This document shows positions 61,384-64,000 of a stretch of DNA of 64,000 nucleotides, in pieces. Origin of the DNA: Candidatus Omnitrophota bacterium (GTDB lineage Bacteria; Omnitrophota; Gorgyraeia; Pluralincolimonadales; Pluralincolimonadaceae); the NCBI GenBank assembly GCA_041651455.1, contig JBAZJG010000003.1:18517-82516 (forward strand). The letters are read 5' to 3'. The notes below the pieces were generated by a model. It made no database searches. It was not told where the DNA came from and saw only the letters and a list, made by a program, of their open reading frames with translations. The position numbers and the translations under genes were made by a program. Every line of letters starts with the position of its first letter. Positions within the stretch are counted from its first letter, which is position 1.

Positions 61384-63275
61384 TGAAAAGGAAAAGCGGC
61401 CTCTTTATAGGTTTAATATGCTGCGCCGTCATCGGCCTGGCGTATCTCCTCGGTTTCTTCGAGCTTGCCGAATACCAGGGCATGGATATGCTGTTCAAAC
61501 TGCGCGGCCCGCGCCCCGTAAGCCCCGATATAGTGATCATCGAGATCGACGACGCGTCCCTTAAGGCATTTGGCAGGTGGCCGTGGGACAGGGGATACCA
61601 TGCCGAGATGCTCGATATAATTGAGGATTACGGGCCTAAAACCATCGTCTTTGATATCCTGTTCAGCGAGCCGCAGGAAGATAAGCCCGAGGAGGACAGC
61701 AGGCTTGCCGCGCAGACCAGGAAGACCGGAAATATATTCTATTCCGCGTTCTTTGACCTTTCGCAGGATAACATACACAAGAATTTAATCAAGCCACGCG
61801 ATATCACTATGCCGCTTCCCGCGCTTCGCGAGAGCGCGAAAGGCGTCGGCTTCGTGAATATCCTCGTGGAGCCCGACGGAAAGGTCCGCAAGGTCCCGCT
61901 GACGATAGGGCATGATGGCAGAGATTACGTCTCCATAGATATGCTCGCCGCCGCGCATTTCACGGGTGTAGAGCACGGCAAACTAAAGATACACACGGAC
62001 GCGAACGGCATGATGTGGATCAACTATCCGGGAGATTTCGCGCGGTTCAAGCGGCTCTCGTTCGCCGAGGTGGCCATTTCCGGCATACAGGCGCAGGACG
62101 GGAAGAAGGCGTCTACCGACCTCGGGATCCTTAAGGACAAGATCGTAATAATAGGAATGACGGCCACGGGATCGGAGGATTTTTGGGCAACACCGATGTC
62201 GACCCTGTATCCCGGCGTAGGCATAAGGGCAAGCGCGGTCAATACGATATTGAGGAAGGATTTCATACACAGGGTATTCAGGCCCGAGATCCTAATTATA
62301 CTGTTCGCTATAGGGATCACGCTCGGTACCGTCCTGCCGAGGAGGACCCCGGTCGAAGGGCTTGCGCTCTTTGCGGTCCTGCTGGCGGGGATACTGCTCG
62401 TATCTTATGCCTCTTTCACTTTATTCAATATATGGATAGATTATGTCACGATCCTCGTGCTCCTCTGCGTCTGTTATCCCGCTATCACGCTTAACCAGCT
62501 TATAATAACAAAATTCGAGAAAGGCCTCATCGAAAAGGAACTGCAGATAGCCAGCAGGATACAGCAGTCGATACTTCCGCAAAGTCTGCCGCATTCGATA
62601 GGCATAGAGATCGGCGTAAAGTGCGTCCCTGCGAAGCATGTAGGCGGGGATTTCTATGATTTCATAAAACTCATCTACGATTTCATAAAGTTGAAGGAGG
62701 ACAGGCTCGGCGTTGTCATAGGGGACGTGTCGGGGAAGGGCGTGCCCGCAGCCCTGTACATGGCCAAAGCGATGGCGGATTTCAGGGGCCTTACGCATGA
62801 TTTTACCGAACCGAACGAAGCTATGACCGCGATAAACGACAGGCTTGTCGAAGAAGGCGTCTCCGGGATGTTCGTGACGCTTCAATACCTGATATATAAA
62901 CCTAAAGAGAGGACGATAAAGTATTCGAACGGCGGGCATAACCCTCTCGTATGGGTAAAGGAGAACGGCGAAGTGCTCTCGCTTACGCAGTCGGTCGGAA
63001 GCCCGATAGGCATAATTCCGGGTTCTGAGTTTACCGCCGACGAGTTCAAGGTGTCGCCCGGTGACGTATTCGTCATGTATACGGACGGCATATCGGAGGC
63101 AAGGGACAGGAACCTTAAGGAATTCGGGGAGAAGAGGATACTTGATACCGCCCTTATCAACAGGCGCCTCTCCGCCCAGGAGCTATCGGATAAGCTTGTG
63201 GATGAGGTCCAAAAATTCAGCAGGGGAATGCCGCAGCACGACGATATGACGGTTATTGTACTTAAGATAGCCTAA
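61380..63275 (+). CDS. CHASE2 sensor domain / multi-TM / PP2C-type (SpoIIE-RsbU-like) serine phosphatase
   Basis: N-terminal CHASE2, 3-4 TM helices, then a C-terminal PPM phosphatase (GGDFYDF, GDVSGKGVPAALYMA, YTDGISEA, HDDMTVIV). Confidence 0.75.
   Translation: MMKRKSGLFIGLICCAVIGLAYLLGFFELAEYQGMDMLFKLRGPRPVSPDIVIIEIDDASLKAFGRWPWDRGYHAEMLDIIEDYGPKTIVFDILFSEPQEDKPEEDSRLAAQTRKTGNIFYSAFFDLSQDNIHKNLIKPRDITMPLPALRESAKGVGFVNILVEPDGKVRKVPLTIGHDGRDYVSIDMLAAAHFTGVEHGKLKIHTDANGMMWINYPGDFARFKRLSFAEVAISGIQAQDGKKASTDLGILKDKIVIIGMTATGSEDFWATPMSTLYPGVGIRASAVNTILRKDFIHRVFRPEILIILFAIGITLGTVLPRRTPVEGLALFAVLLAGILLVSYASFTLFNIWIDYVTILVLLCVCYPAITLNQLIITKFEKGLIEKELQIASRIQQSILPQSLPHSIGIEIGVKCVPAKHVGGDFYDFIKLIYDFIKLKEDRLGVVIGDVSGKGVPAALYMAKAMADFRGLTHDFTEPNEAMTAINDRLVEEGVSGMFVTLQYLIYKPKERTIKYSNGGHNPLVWVKENGEVLSLTQSVGSPIGIIPGSEFTADEFKVSPGDVFVMYTDGISEARDRNLKEFGEKRILDTALINRRLSAQELSDKLVDEVQKFSRGMPQHDDMTVIVLKIA
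62655..62696 (+). repeat. In-frame imperfect 21-bp tandem duplication inside the PP2C domain (encodes YDFIKLI / YDFIKLK)
   Basis: TATGATTTCATAAAACTCATC / TACGATTTCATAAAGTTGAAG, 15/21 identical. Confidence 0.5.
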
Positions 63276-63287
63276 CGGGGAAACTGT

Positions 63288-63812
63288 TTATTTGCGTCTC
63301 AGCAAACGCCTTCCGAAAAACGCCGATCCCCCGGCGAGAAAGAGGATAGTAGAGACCGGTTCGGGAACCGTAGTTGTGTTCTTCATCGTGAATGTGGTAT
63401 ATCCCGAGCCAGAAGATAGGACATTTCCCCCGAATCCAAGTTCTTTATACCAATAGTCTGCGTCTATCGTCCATGTCCCGGCATTGGAAGCATCCGACCA
63501 ATCATGGCCTATCAGCTCTATATGGTATATCGACTGAAAACCCGTCCTGTCGGCATCGCCCTCAAACAAGCTGCCGTTCCACCAGTCACTCTCGACCTCA
63601 GAGTACCAAAGCCCTCCGGGAGGGTTCGGAAGCTGAATGTACAGATAAGGCGTTGAACCTAACTCGAATTCCGATACGGCGAAAGAGGAAGTATCGCTCG
63701 CAACGGTATACATCTGGAAATCCTGGTAATTCGGATCATAATCAGCGTAAGCAGGCGATAAGGAAGCAAAAATACACGCAAATACCGCAAATATTAATGA
63801 TATTTTTTTCAT
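63288..63812 (-). CDS. PEP-CTERM sorting-domain protein (secreted, exosortase substrate)
   Basis: Signal peptide, a 120-aa W/D/G-rich domain, and a C-terminal VPEP + TM + RRLLRRK tail. Confidence 0.8.
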   Translation of the reverse strand: MKKISLIFAVFACIFASLSPAYADYDPNYQDFQMYTVASDTSSFAVSEFELGSTPYLYIQLPNPPGGLWYSEVESDWWNGSLFEGDADRTGFQSIYHIELIGHDWSDASNAGTWTIDADYWYKELGFGGNVLSSGSGYTTFTMKNTTTVPEPVSTILFLAGGSAFFGRRLLRRK

Positions 63813-63859
63813 AGGAACTTACCTCGCTTGGTTGGCTGGTTTGAACTGAATTTGTAATT

Positions 63860-63887
63860 ATTATACCAATTTTATGGCTCTTGTCAA
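63860..63887 (-). promoter_or_regulatory. Promoter TTGACA-N16-TGgTATAAT for the PEP-CTERM gene (minus strand)
   Basis: Reverse complement of 63882-63887 is TTGACA, and of 63860-63865 is TATAAT with an upstream TGG. Confidence 0.5.
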
Positions 63888-63898
63888 CAAATATTTAC

Positions 63899-63927
63899 TT
63901 GACATAACCCTCTACAAATGGTATATT
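63899..63927 (+). promoter_or_regulatory. Divergent promoter TTGACA-N17-TGgTATATT pointing rightward out of the window
   Basis: -35 at 63899-63904 and -10 at 63922-63927; an ATG at ~63990 follows GGGGCCCAGCAG. Confidence 0.45.
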
Positions 63928-64000
63928 TATTCAAATCTACTTCATTCATAATCTTTAAAAACTAACCTAATATAACCAAAGGGGCCCAGCAGATGCCGCA

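Overview
A 64 kb bacterial chromosomal segment with GC near 50%. It uses the standard genetic code (TGA, TAA and TAG all serve as stops), so it is not a UGA-recoding lineage. Genes are densely packed and almost all on the + strand; many junctions are ATGA or TGATG start/stop overlaps, and there is little intergenic space. I found 3 tRNAs (Ala-CGC, Pro-CGG, Arg-CCG), and no rRNA, CRISPR array or obvious mobile element. Housekeeping content, in order: an HD-GYP/TPR/PPOX/thioredoxin-PDZ four-gene operon; tRNA-Ala; a MEMO1-like + AMMECR1-like pair coupled to rsmE; smc; a convergent GAF-GGDEF gene; a riboflavin operon (ribBA-ribH-nusB-PHP-ribD-ribE) behind an FMN riboswitch with its own attenuator; a secreted thermonuclease; tRNA-Pro; acyP-ligA-lipoprotein-MBL-xerD; tRNA-Arg; a small accessory block (DMT protein, lipoprotein glycoside hydrolase, half-size TauE, OM beta-barrel); a DHH-CBS-CCA/PAP fusion followed by rbfA-nrnA-truB-ribF-rpsO-pnp-ftsK-rodZ-rimO; pgsA-pgpA; convergent thpR and cinA; a 1075-aa secreted protein with four discoidin domains and a six-hairpin glycosidase domain, plus an amidohydrolase; recA-htrA-recX-alaS; a his (DBHAFI) and trp (EGDCF) supercluster; then PilZ, htpX, dinG, CHASE2-PP2C and a PEP-CTERM protein. 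The most unusual features are: (1) the MEMO1-like and AMMECR1-like reading frames are in the same frame, the AMMECR1 homology runs straight through an in-frame TGA, and no radical SAM partner is nearby; (2) a TrpH/YciV-type PHP phosphoesterase sits inside the riboswitch-controlled rib operon; (3) three genes show a leaderless-type promoter geometry, and there are back-to-back divergent promoters; (4) several lineage-specific fusions and hypothetical proteins. All similarity calls come from reading the translated ORFs, not from database searches.
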